64,000 bases of DNA from Chloroflexota bacterium (GTDB lineage: Bacteria > Chloroflexota > Chloroflexia > QHBQ01), in contig JANXYP010000016.1 of assembly GCA_025355955.1 (NCBI GenBank), positions 73 to 64,072 of the forward strand, in the 5' to 3' direction. The position numbers and the translations under genes were made by a program. The notes beneath the pieces are model-generated. The model ran no database searches. It had not been told where the DNA came from and saw only the letters and a program-made list of their open reading frames with translations. Below are positions 45,529-54,104 of the stretch, one piece after another. Within the stretch, counting starts at the first letter, position 1; the number at the start of each line of letters is the position of its first letter.

Positions 45529-47415
45529 TTAATCGTGTCGGTAGATGCGGACGTGGCGATAGGGTTCGCGCCCTTTCGACGCACTGGCGAGGTTGTAGCG
45601 CTCGGCCATCTGGTGTTGCAGGCGACGGATGTAGGCGTTCTGCGGCGCTAGCTCGACCGCCTCGGTGCGCTCCTCCAGCACCTCGGTAATCGCCTCTTCG
45701 GTTTCGTAGAGCGCGTGCTGAACGGGATCGTGGTGCAACTCGGCCTCGAAGATGCTGCCCAGACTGCTCTGCATCTGGGTCACGGTGTTGCTCTTTAGCA
45801 CGTAGACGGGCAGCCCCTCGGCCTCGGCCTGGCGGATGGCGGTCGGCTTCTTGCGGAAGTGCGTTTTCAGGGTCATTACCATGTCAGCGCCGCTGCTCTG
45901 TTCCACCAGAGTGACCGGCACGCCTAGTTCGTGGATGGCCTGCTCCAGCCCCTTCTTGCTGACCCCAAAGGGGTAGACACGCAATGGGCGGGTTTGGGTG
46001 CCAGGCATCGCCTCACGGCTCTGCGGCGAGGGCGGCGCTGGCGGTGGCGCAGTCTGGCTCTGCGGCCGCAGCGCAGGCTGCCCATGATTGCTGCTGGCTG
46101 GGCGGGCTGGCAACGGTGTGCCGGGCGGGTTGACCACGGTATAGCCGAGCGGCGGCGCTGAACGCTGGCTCTGTCCCTGCTGCCCCTGGTGTGCTGACTG
46201 CCCGCTGCCGCCGCGCATCCGCCCGCCATTGATGGGGCGGGGACGCGCGCCGCCGCGCTGGAGCGCAGTGCCACCTGTCTCCATCATCTGTAGCACCTCG
46301 GTTTCGCGGGTTTCAATCGTGCCATCCAGTTTGCGGGTACGCACCTCGGCGGGCATTTGCTGCCCACGCAAGATCGAATCCACTGTTTCGGCGACGTTAT
46401 CATGCACTGCGACCTGATCGCGGTCCAGGATCTCCACCATAATGTCGAAGGTGGGCGGCGCTTTGCGCTCCAGCACCGATTTCTGGGTGCCACGCCGCCG
46501 CGCTTCCTCGTCGGACAGCGTGACGCTTTGGATGCCGCCGATCAGGTCGGAGAGGGTGGGATTCATCATCAGGTTTTCTAGGGTCGAGCCGTGGGCGGTG
46601 CCGATCAGTTGCACACCGCGCTCGGCGATGGTGCGGGCGGCCATCGCCTCAAGCTCGGTGCCGATTTCGTCAATGATGACTACCTCTGGCATATGGTTCT
46701 CCACCGCCTCGATCATCACCGCGTGCTGGCTGGTGGGGGTCTTGACCTGCATGCGGCGGGCGCGGCCAATCGCGGGGTGAGGGATGTCGCCATCGCCCGC
46801 GATTTCGTTGCTGGTGTCTACGATGACCACCCGCTTACGAAAGTCGTCGGCCAGCACGCGGGCAGTCTCGCGCAGCATGGTGGTCTTGCCCACCCCTGGC
46901 GGGCCAACCAGTAGCAGACTGCGCCCCGACTCGACCAGGTCGCGGATAATCGCAATCGTGCCGAACACAGCGCGACCGACGCGGCAGGTCAACCCTACCA
47001 CCTTACCCGCACGATTGCGGATACAGGAGATGCGGTGCAGCGTGCGCTCGATACCGGCGCGATTGTCGTCGCCAAACACGCCGATGTGCGAAACAACGTG
47101 CTGGATGTCCTCTTCGGTCACATCGCGGTCACTAAGGATGATCTCGCGTCCACGGTAGCGGGCCTCCGGCTTGCGGCCCAGGTCCATGATAATTTCAAGC
47201 AAGTCGCGGCGGTCATCAGCGGCGGCCAGGGTGTCGTAGATGTGTGGCGGCAGCGCGGCCAGTAGCACTTCCAGGTCATCGCTGATCTCCATCTCGCCTG
47301 CGGCCCGCTCATCGCTGCTCTGATCGGCGGGGTAGCCGGGGCGGGTGCTGCTGCCATAGGGCATAATATTATACTGTCCGTAAACCTGCTCCTGCGGCTC
47401 AATTAGGTCGGCCAT
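45529..47415 (-). CDS. AAA ATPase with a C-terminal R3H nucleic-acid-binding domain (SpoIIIAA/Ycf45-like)
   Basis: Walker [14 protein letters not shown], Walker [10 protein letters not shown] and the C-terminal R3H-like segment [30 protein letters not shown] ~110-aa Gln/Pro/Gly-rich insert is present. The ATG at 47415 follows GGAGGTG. Confidence 0.75.
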   Translation of the reverse strand: MADLIEPQEQVYGQYNIMPYGSSTRPGYPADQSSDERAAGEMEISDDLEVLLAALPPHIYDTLAAADDRRDLLEIIMDLGRKPEARYRGREIILSDRDVTEEDIQHVVSHIGVFGDDNRAGIERTLHRISCIRNRAGKVVGLTCRVGRAVFGTIAIIRDLVESGRSLLLVGPPGVGKTTMLRETARVLADDFRKRVVIVDTSNEIAGDGDIPHPAIGRARRMQVKTPTSQHAVMIEAVENHMPEVVIIDEIGTELEAMAARTIAERGVQLIGTAHGSTLENLMMNPTLSDLIGGIQSVTLSDEEARRRGTQKSVLERKAPPTFDIMVEILDRDQVAVHDNVAETVDSILRGQQMPAEVRTRKLDGTIETRETEVLQMMETGGTALQRGGARPRPINGGRMRGGSGQSAHQGQQGQSQRSAPPLGYTVVNPPGTPLPARPASSNHGQPALRPQSQTAPPPAPPSPQSREAMPGTQTRPLRVYPFGVSKKGLEQAIHELGVPVTLVEQSSGADMVMTLKTHFRKKPTAIRQAEAEGLPVYVLKSNTVTQMQSSLGSIFEAELHHDPVQHALYETEEAITEVLEERTEAVELAPQNAYIRRLQHQMAERYNLASASKGREPYRHVRIYRHD

Positions 47416-47453
47416 TATCACCTCCGCTGTGTAGGGCGTGATCACTCATACCC

Positions 47454-48536
47454 CTACACAGACACATTATCTTGATTGTAGGGACGCAATAAATCGCGTT
47501 CCTTTCGATTCATCACCAGCCCGCCTTGTCCCGCCGGTACGACATCGGCGGGTAGCGGCTTGCTCCAAACCGGGCGCAGCGCGGGCGCGGTCTGCCGCAC
47601 GAAGGCAGCCAGATGCTTGACCAGTGCCTTCTGCCGCAGCATGGGACGGAAACCGCGCGCCTCCAGGGCATCGCTCAAGCCGCTCTGGTAATCGCGCACC
47701 GTGCAGTAGAGGGGGGCGCGTTCTCCGCGCCCTTGCAGTAGGCCTAGCGCATAGTCCACCACCGCGCCGGTCAGGTCATGATCGCTGCTACTGTTTACCT
47801 GTGACATTATCTTCATCTCGTGGCCGCGTGGCCCGCTGTTCATCTGCAGATAGGCCCGCACCCCACGCCCATCGTCCCATACGAAGCGACGGATGTCGCC
47901 ACCCCACGATATGCGCGACTTGCCCGCCTGCCAGCGGCGGCTGCTGTAGCCCTCGCTGTGCTGCACCTGCTCAGGAGTTAGGGTTAGATACAATTGGTAG
48001 ACTGCCCAGGCATCGCGGCGGCGCAACAGGCGCGGCTGTAGGTTGGCATTTACCGCTGGACGCTCGTTCAGTGATAGCTTGGCCCATACCGTCTCTTCGG
48101 CAAAGGGATGAAAGGCAAGGCTGTAGAGCGTGTCGAACAGGGCCGCACCTTCGGGCAAGCGGGCGAACATTCGCGTCGCGCCGTACTGTCCCGCCGCCTG
48201 GCAGAACGCTTCCAACAACTCTATCTCCATCTCTTCGCTGAGTGGGGTTTTGCGCGGGTTGCCCAACTCAGCCAGCGTCCAACTATTGCCCGGCCCGCCC
48301 GACTGGTTATCGTTCCAGGCGCGGATATAGGCGAGCAACTGGCCTCTGCTTATATATACATAAATAGGGGCGGCGGGGTTGCTGCCTGCGCCGAAAGCAT
48401 GAGCCAACTGGTTGAGGCCGGTACGCAGGCCGGGGCGGGGGCGGATCAACGACTGCGGCGCATCAAACTGCAACACCGGCTGCGGCCCGCGAACGAAGAG
48501 CCTTAGCAAATCCAGCGTGTTGGCCGCTCTAATCAA
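47454..48536 (-). CDS. Hypothetical protein (possibly a degenerate tandem GNAT fold)
   Basis: 360-aa ORF whose start overlaps the pdxT stop by 4 nt. I see no diagnostic motif. Confidence 0.5.
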   Translation of the reverse strand: MIRAANTLDLLRLFVRGPQPVLQFDAPQSLIRPRPGLRTGLNQLAHAFGAGSNPAAPIYVYISRGQLLAYIRAWNDNQSGGPGNSWTLAELGNPRKTPLSEEMEIELLEAFCQAAGQYGATRMFARLPEGAALFDTLYSLAFHPFAEETVWAKLSLNERPAVNANLQPRLLRRRDAWAVYQLYLTLTPEQVQHSEGYSSRRWQAGKSRISWGGDIRRFVWDDGRGVRAYLQMNSGPRGHEMKIMSQVNSSSDHDLTGAVVDYALGLLQGRGERAPLYCTVRDYQSGLSDALEARGFRPMLRQKALVKHLAAFVRQTAPALRPVWSKPLPADVVPAGQGGLVMNRKERDLLRPYNQDNVSV

Positions 48537-49222
48537 TGTTGGCCTCGTTGCTCCTCAATCATCTTGAGGAAGTAGGCGTGGAAGCGGGTGTCCGCAGTAA
48601 GCTCAGGGTGGAAGGCACTGACCAGCAGGTTGCGTTGCCGTGCCGCCACAATCGGCGCATCCCCCTGGGCCAGGGTTGCCAGCACCTCCACGTCCCTGCC
48701 CACGCTCTCGATGTACGGGGCGCGGATGAAGATCATAGGGAAGGGCGGCTCACCCAGCGTGGGGATGAGCGCGGATGTCTCGAAACTATCAATTGCCCTG
48801 CCAAAGGCGTTGCGCCGCACCTTCACGTCCATTACCCCAAACAGGCTTTGCGGCTGGCCCTCGATCAGTGCGGCAGTGTCGCCAATGTCGCGGGAGAGCA
48901 TGATCATACCAGCGCAGGTGCCGTAAATGGGCAGCCCCTGCTGCGCCAGCGCAGCAATCGGCCCCTTCAGCCCATAAAGCTCGGCCAACTTGCCAATCGC
49001 GGTGCTTTCGCCGCCGGGGATGATCAACCCATCAATCCCCGCCAGTTGCAGCGGCTGGCGCACCTCGACTGTCGCCACCCCCAGCCGCTGCAGCATTGCA
49101 ATATGCTCGGCAAAGTCGCCTTGCAGGGCCAGCACGCCGACCCGGAGTGCTGAGTGCTGAGTGCTGAGTGCTGAGTCTTGCGGTTCAGCTATCTTCTGCT
49201 GCCTGATCTGCTGATTGGTCAT
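48533..49222 (-). CDS. pdxT: Pyridoxal 5'-phosphate synthase glutaminase subunit PdxT
   Basis: VGVLALQGDFAEH, the catalytic GTCAG and the C-terminal FHPE. The ATG at 49222 follows GGAG. The ~25-aa N-terminal extension translates the heptamer array (DSALSTQHSAL). Confidence 0.85.
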   Translation of the reverse strand: MTNQQIRQQKIAEPQDSALSTQHSALRVGVLALQGDFAEHIAMLQRLGVATVEVRQPLQLAGIDGLIIPGGESTAIGKLAELYGLKGPIAALAQQGLPIYGTCAGMIMLSRDIGDTAALIEGQPQSLFGVMDVKVRRNAFGRAIDSFETSALIPTLGEPPFPMIFIRAPYIESVGRDVEVLATLAQGDAPIVAARQRNLLVSAFHPELTADTRFHAYFLKMIEEQRGQH

Positions 49223-49294
49223 CTTAGTCTCCAGGTCTGCATAACCGAGTGCCGAGTTCCAAGCTAATCCACTCAGCACTCAGCACTCAGCACT
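49145..49294. repeat. Inverted pair of heptamer arrays: (GAGTGCT)x~4.7 at 49145-49177 and (ACTCAGC)x~3.4 at 49271-49294
   Basis: The arms are reverse complements and bracket the pdxS-pdxT junction, including the pdxT RBS and start. The left arm lies inside the pdxT coding region. Confidence 0.85.
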
Positions 49295-49298
49295 GGCA

Positions 49299-50180
49299 TT
49301 ACCAGCCCCGCTTCGCCATCAATTCGCGTTCGCCCAGGCTAGAGACGCTGATGCCAACCATCGCTTCGCCCAGGTTCTTGCTTACCTCGGCCAGCACTTT
49401 ATAGTCGTTGTAGTGGGTGGTGGCTTCGACAATAGCGCGGGCGCGGCGGGCAGGGTCGCCCGACTTGAAGATGCCGCTGCCAACGAATACTCCGTCCGCG
49501 CCCAGCTGCATCATCAGTGCGGCATCGGCGGGGGTGGCAACCCCACCAGCGGCGAAATTGACCACCGGCAGACGACCAGCTTGCGCCACTTCTACCACCA
49601 GTTCGTAGGGTGCGCCCATCTCCTTGGCCTGGGCCATCAGTTCGTCGGTGGGCATATTCTGCAGGCGGCGGATCTCGTCCTGCACCGTACGCATATGGCG
49701 TACCGCCTCGACTATATCGCCAGTACCGGCTTCGCCTTTGGTGCGAATCATCGCCGCACCTTCGCCGATGCGCCGCAGCGCCTCGCCCAGATTGCGGCAG
49801 CCGCACACGAACGGCACCTTGAAATCGCGCTTGTTGATGTGATGCTTCTCGTCCGCCGGGGTCAACACTTCGCTCTCGTCAATATAGTCCACCCCCAGCG
49901 CCTCCAGGATGCGGGCTTCGACAAAGTGACCGATGCGGCACTTCGCCATCACCGGGATGCTTACCGCATTGATTATCTCCTCGATCAGAGTGGGGTCGCT
50001 CATCCGTGCCACCCCGCCCTGCGCCCGAATATCGGCAGGCACCCGCTCCAGGGCCATCACCGACACCGCACCCGCCTGCTCGGCGATACGGGCCTGCTCG
50101 GCGTTGACCACATCCATAATCACCCCACCCTTGAGCATCTGGGCCAGACCCTTCTTGGTGGTAAAGGTTGATTTCTCCAT
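49299..50180 (-). CDS. pdxS: Pyridoxal 5'-phosphate synthase lyase subunit PdxS
   Basis: 293 aa. [14 protein letters not shown]...[15 protein letters not shown]... is the canonical PdxS sequence. Confidence 0.92.
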   Translation of the reverse strand: MEKSTFTTKKGLAQMLKGGVIMDVVNAEQARIAEQAGAVSVMALERVPADIRAQGGVARMSDPTLIEEIINAVSIPVMAKCRIGHFVEARILEALGVDYIDESEVLTPADEKHHINKRDFKVPFVCGCRNLGEALRRIGEGAAMIRTKGEAGTGDIVEAVRHMRTVQDEIRRLQNMPTDELMAQAKEMGAPYELVVEVAQAGRLPVVNFAAGGVATPADAALMMQLGADGVFVGSGIFKSGDPARRARAIVEATTHYNDYKVLAEVSKNLGEAMVGISVSSLGERELMAKRGW

Positions 50181-50319
50181 TGTTTATTTCCCCTCATCGG
50201 CGCGTCGTAGCGCCCAATATCCGCAAATTATATGAACCTTGGTTCGCGCAAACAGGGCAGCCAGGCGAACAGGGTTCTTTCACACCCTATTGTACAATTA
50301 TTAGGCTGTTTTGGCAAGT

Positions 50320-50348
50320 TTGCCGTCCACCCGAACCTGTGCTATAAT
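50320..50348 (+). promoter_or_regulatory. Promoter of the fused MNT-HEPN gene (TTGCCG, 17-bp spacer, TGcTATAAT)
   Basis: TTGCCG at 50320-50325 and TATAAT at 50343-50348 with an upstream TG. The RBS AAGGAGG lies before the ATG at 50374. Confidence 0.6.
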
Positions 50349-50373
50349 GTCGTATATAACAAAGGAGGCAGTT

Positions 50374-51177
50374 ATGGCAAGCAGCAATATAATGCTGGAA
50401 GGGGCTGTATATGTTCCACCCTTCAACCAGCGTGAGCGCATCCCCAAAGAGGCGGTTGACTTCCTCGTGCGACAAATTGCCGAGCAGTTCCACCCTGAGC
50501 GCATCATCCTGTTCGGCTCCTATGCCTACGGCACTCCCGACCCAGAGAGCGATGTGAATCTGCTAGTGGTGATGGATACGCCGACCAATGAGTTTGAGCA
50601 AGCGTCGCACATTAAACACTCAATCAAGCGCAGTTTCGAGCTTGACCTGCTGCTACGAACTCCTGACAACCTTGCCCGCCGCATTGCTCTGGGTGACTTC
50701 TTCCTTAGAGATATCGTGCAAAAGGGCAGCGCTCTATACGGGCCTCCCGTGCGTGAGGGCGAATATGCAATTGACCTGGAATCGGATGCTGCTGCCGAGC
50801 TAAACCCGCTAACCGCTGAGTGGATAGAGAGGGCTGAAAGCCACTACGTTAGTATGGAGATTTTGGCTCAGGCACTCAAGAGCTATGACCACATCTGCTT
50901 TTACGCGCAGTTGAGCGCTGAGGCGTATCTGAAAGCCTATCTACAGGAACATAAGATATACTTTCCAAAGACGTATGACTTCTCTTATTTGCTGCAGCTT
51001 TGTCTAACAAGCGATGCCGAGTTCGAGACAATACGCTCTCCTTTGCAGCAGTTCACCCAGGATGATGCTGAGAATTATGTCTACCCCGGCTACTGGGCAG
51101 ATGCATCCGAGGCTAATGCTTTGTCCAAAGCGGCAGCCTCTATCCGCAATTTGCTCCGCGCCAAACTGGGTCTCTGA
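50374..51177 (+). CDS. Fused nucleotidyltransferase (MNT)-HEPN protein, module B
   Basis: The N-half carries ILFGSYAYGTPDPESDVNLLVVMD. The C-half carries AEAYLKAYLQEH...YVYPGYW...IRNLLRAKLG. Both halves are paralogous to the split modules A and C. Confidence 0.8.
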   Translation: MASSNIMLEGAVYVPPFNQRERIPKEAVDFLVRQIAEQFHPERIILFGSYAYGTPDPESDVNLLVVMDTPTNEFEQASHIKHSIKRSFELDLLLRTPDNLARRIALGDFFLRDIVQKGSALYGPPVREGEYAIDLESDAAAELNPLTAEWIERAESHYVSMEILAQALKSYDHICFYAQLSAEAYLKAYLQEHKIYFPKTYDFSYLLQLCLTSDAEFETIRSPLQQFTQDDAENYVYPGYWADASEANALSKAAASIRNLLRAKLGL

Positions 51178-51233
51178 AACAGGGCGAGTGCAACCCGCCC
51201 CTACACCAACATCACTCATCTTCGAGGAGACCA

Positions 51234-52115
51234 ATGACCAACCACTCCACCCCCGACCATCAAGCCAACGTCACCTATCCCGACCTATCAGAGCGTGAAC
51301 CCACGTTGAGCGAACCGCTGCTGGGGATCAACACCAACCCTGATGCTGCCACAGCGCCTGCACCTGCGCGACGCAAGGCGCGGACTAGCAATGAGCCACT
51401 TGTCTACCAAACGCCACAAAGCGGTGGCCGCCTGACTATCAAGGAGATGGCTGCCGACGAGCGCCCCCGCGAGAAGCTGATCAAGCAAGGTGCTGGCAGC
51501 TTGAGCAATGCCGAGTTGCTGGCGATTATTCTGCGGGTTGGTCGCCCCGGCGAGACGGTGGTCGAGCTTGCTAACCGCTTGTTGGTACAATACAGTGGCT
51601 GGTCGGGGTTGATGCGGGCCGACTTCAACAAGCTGAAGGGCGAGAAAGGGCTGGGCGAGGTCAAGGCGTGCGAGCTGCAGGCCGCGCTGGAGATAGGCCG
51701 TCGCCTGCTACTGGCTGGGCCGGGTGAGCGGATGCAGATACGCAACCCATCGGATATCGCTAACTGGCTGATGCTGGACATGGCCGGGCTGGAGCAAGAG
51801 CATCTTCGCGTGGTGCTGCTAAACACCAAGAACCAGGTGATCCGCATGGTCGAGCTATATCGCGGGTCGCTGAACAAGAGTACCGTGCGCGTCGCCGAGC
51901 TATTCAAGGATGCGGTGCGCGAGAACGCCGCGGCGATCATCATTGCCCACAACCACCCCAGCGGCGACCCTGAGCCTTCGACTGAGGACATCGTAATGAC
52001 CGGCAAGGCGGTAGATGCTGGGCGGTTGATGGAGGTCGAGGTGCTTGATCACCTTATCATTGGCGAACAGCGCTACATTTCGATGAAAGAAAAGCGATAT
52101 GGGTTCGTTCATTAG
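51234..52115 (+). CDS. radC: RadC-family JAB-domain protein (UPF0758)
   Basis: HhH-like segment NAELLAIILRVG and JAMM motif IIAHNHPSGDPEPSTED. It has a ~65-aa N-terminal extension. Confidence 0.85.
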   Translation: MTNHSTPDHQANVTYPDLSEREPTLSEPLLGINTNPDAATAPAPARRKARTSNEPLVYQTPQSGGRLTIKEMAADERPREKLIKQGAGSLSNAELLAIILRVGRPGETVVELANRLLVQYSGWSGLMRADFNKLKGEKGLGEVKACELQAALEIGRRLLLAGPGERMQIRNPSDIANWLMLDMAGLEQEHLRVVLLNTKNQVIRMVELYRGSLNKSTVRVAELFKDAVRENAAAIIIAHNHPSGDPEPSTEDIVMTGKAVDAGRLMEVEVLDHLIIGEQRYISMKEKRYGFVH

Positions 52116-52149
52116 CATATAGCCAGGGGTCAAACACGAGGTAGCTAAC

Positions 52150-52179
52150 TTGCCTAGCGCGATTGGTGGGTGGTATAAT
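52150..52179 (+). promoter_or_regulatory. Promoter of MNT-HEPN module C (TTGCCT, 18-bp spacer, TGgTATAAT)
   Basis: TTGCCT at 52150-52155 and TATAAT at 52174-52179. The architecture matches the module B promoter. Confidence 0.55.
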
Positions 52180-52194
52180 TGGCCCGTAAGGAGA

Positions 52195-52572
52195 ATGACC
52201 ATGACCAACACGGAGTATCAAGGAGTCTATATACCCCCTGTCGTCGAGCGTGAGCGCATTCCCCAGGAGGCGATTGACGATGTGGTGCGTCAGATTGTCG
52301 AGCAGTTCGACCCTGAGCGCATCATTCTGTTCGGCTCATATGCCTATGGCACGCCACGCCCAGACAGCGATGTGGATCTGCTGGTGGTGATGAACACTCC
52401 ACTTCGAGAGGTGCAGCAGGAGATTGCCATTCAACGTACACTTCGGAGGCACTTTCCTTTGGATTTGCTGGTACGTAAACCTGATTATCTTGCAAGGCGC
52501 ATCGCGATCGGTGATCCTTTCCTTCAAGAGATTACGCGGCGAGGTATTGTGCTATATGCACGAAATAACTAA
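52195..52572 (+). CDS. Minimal nucleotidyltransferase (MNT) domain protein, module C
   Basis: ILFGSYAYGTPRPDSDVDLLVVMN. The ATG at 52195 follows AAGGAG. Confidence 0.85.
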   Translation: MTMTNTEYQGVYIPPVVERERIPQEAIDDVVRQIVEQFDPERIILFGSYAYGTPRPDSDVDLLVVMNTPLREVQQEIAIQRTLRRHFPLDLLVRKPDYLARRIAIGDPFLQEITRRGIVLYARNN

Positions 52573-52939
52573 CGAGTTGGTAGAAAAGGCAGAAGGTGAT
52601 TATGAAATGGCCGAGCTAGCCCTGCTGTCGGGGCGGCGGCGGGTAAGTGATGGGGTGTGTTTTCATACCCAGCAGTGTGCAGAGAAGTATCTAAAGGCAT
52701 ATTTGTATGAGCATAGCCGCGCTTTCCCTAGAATCCACAAGCTCAATGAGCTATAGGATTTGTGCATACCGATTGATGCTGGCTTTGAAAGCCAGCGTGC
52801 TACGCTAAGAGGCCTGGAGCCTTACGCTGTGGAAGTTCGCTATCTTGGCTTGTCCACCGATGCTGAGGATGCAGAAACCGCTTTTGCTGATCTAAACTCG
52901 TTCCGGGCCTTCATTCGTGCCAAACTTGGCATCAGCTAA
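52556..52939 (+). pseudogene. HEPN-domain gene of module C interrupted by an in-frame TAG at 52754-52756
   Basis: The reading MHEITNELVEKAEGDY...QQCAEKYLKAYLYEH...HKLNEL stops at the TAG. It continues in the same frame as DLCIPIDAGFE...VEVRYLG...FRAFIRAKLGIS, ending at TAA 52937-52939. Both parts align with the intact HEPN at 21966-22355. Confidence 0.7.
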
Positions 52940-52956
52940 TCACATCACCCACTTTC

Positions 52957-54099
52957 ATGAAAATAGGCATCAACGCACAATTGCTGTCCTTCCGCGCCAA
53001 CTACCGCCAGGCGGGGGTGAGCAAGTACATCCACGCCCTGATTGAGCAGTACGCCGCGATTGACCGCGCCAACCAGTACACCGTGTGGGTGCCACCCGCG
53101 CCGCGCCCCCCCGACTACGCCCGCGCTGCCAATATCCGCTTCGTCGCGGCGCGGCTGCCCACCGAGCGGCCCCAGATACGTATCCCCTGGGAGCAAACCG
53201 TGCTGCCGTTCGCATCAGCGCGGCTGGATGTGCTGCACTGCCCGGTCAACATTCGTCCGCTGCTGGCCTTCTGCCCCACCGTCGTGACTATCCACGACCT
53301 CATCTACCTTGTCTACCCCGAAAAATACCTACCCGCCAAGCGCCGCTACCTGACTGCCACCACCGGCTGGTCGGTGCGCCACGCCAGCCGCGTCATCGCC
53401 GTCTCGGAAAGCACCAAGCGCGACATCGTGCGCCTGCTGCACGTGCCTGCCGATAAAATCACGGTGGTGTACAATGGAGTGGACGAGCGTTTTCGCCCCA
53501 TCGCCGATCAGCAGGCCATTGCGGCGTTCAAGCGCAAGCACAATCTGCCCGCACGATTCATCCTCTATCTCGGCACCATCGAGCCGCGCAAGAACATCGG
53601 CCTGCTGCTGCGGGCCTTCGCCCAACTACGCCAGCAGCCCGATTTTGCCGATTTGCGCCTGGTGGTGGGCGGGGCCAAGGGCTGGCTCTACGATGATACC
53701 TTCCGGCAGGCGGGGTTGGGCGAGGGCGATATAGTATTTCCTGGCTATCTTGCTGATGATGAGCTACCGTTGTGGTATAATAGCGCCAGCGTTTTTGTCT
53801 ACCCATCGTTGTACGAGGGCTTTGGCCTGCCGGTGGCAGAAGCGCTGGCCTGCGGTGCGCCAGTGATTGCCGCCAACACGAGCAGCCTGCCCGAAGTGGT
53901 TGGTGATGCCGGTATCCTGATTGCGCCCGACGATGTTGTTGGGCTGGCCGAAGCCGCTGCCCGCATTCTACATGACGACGCTTACGCTGCTCACCTGCGA
54001 GCCGCCGCTGCTATCCAGGGCGCGCGCTTCTCCTGGCGAACGGCGGCGGAGCAGACCTTGCAGGTGTATGCTGCAGCGGCTAGACACGGAAAGCATTAG
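52957..54099 (+). CDS. Glycosyltransferase family 4 (GT-B, Glycos_transf_1)
   Basis: 380 aa with the EX7E-type region YPSLYEGFGLPVAEALACGAPVIA. Confidence 0.85.
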   Translation: MKIGINAQLLSFRANYRQAGVSKYIHALIEQYAAIDRANQYTVWVPPAPRPPDYARAANIRFVAARLPTERPQIRIPWEQTVLPFASARLDVLHCPVNIRPLLAFCPTVVTIHDLIYLVYPEKYLPAKRRYLTATTGWSVRHASRVIAVSESTKRDIVRLLHVPADKITVVYNGVDERFRPIADQQAIAAFKRKHNLPARFILYLGTIEPRKNIGLLLRAFAQLRQQPDFADLRLVVGGAKGWLYDDTFRQAGLGEGDIVFPGYLADDELPLWYNSASVFVYPSLYEGFGLPVAEALACGAPVIAANTSSLPEVVGDAGILIAPDDVVGLAEAAARILHDDAYAAHLRAAAAIQGARFSWRTAAEQTLQVYAAAARHGKH

Positions 54100-54104
54100 A
54101 GCAG

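Noticed and set aside
49413-50171. 252-aa plus-strand ORF antisense to pdxS; similar cases occur opposite livK (12587-13481), recJ, gpmI and the ABC genes
   Set aside because: The opposite strand encodes highly conserved proteins. The antisense ORFs are long only because stop codons are depleted in high-GC sequence.
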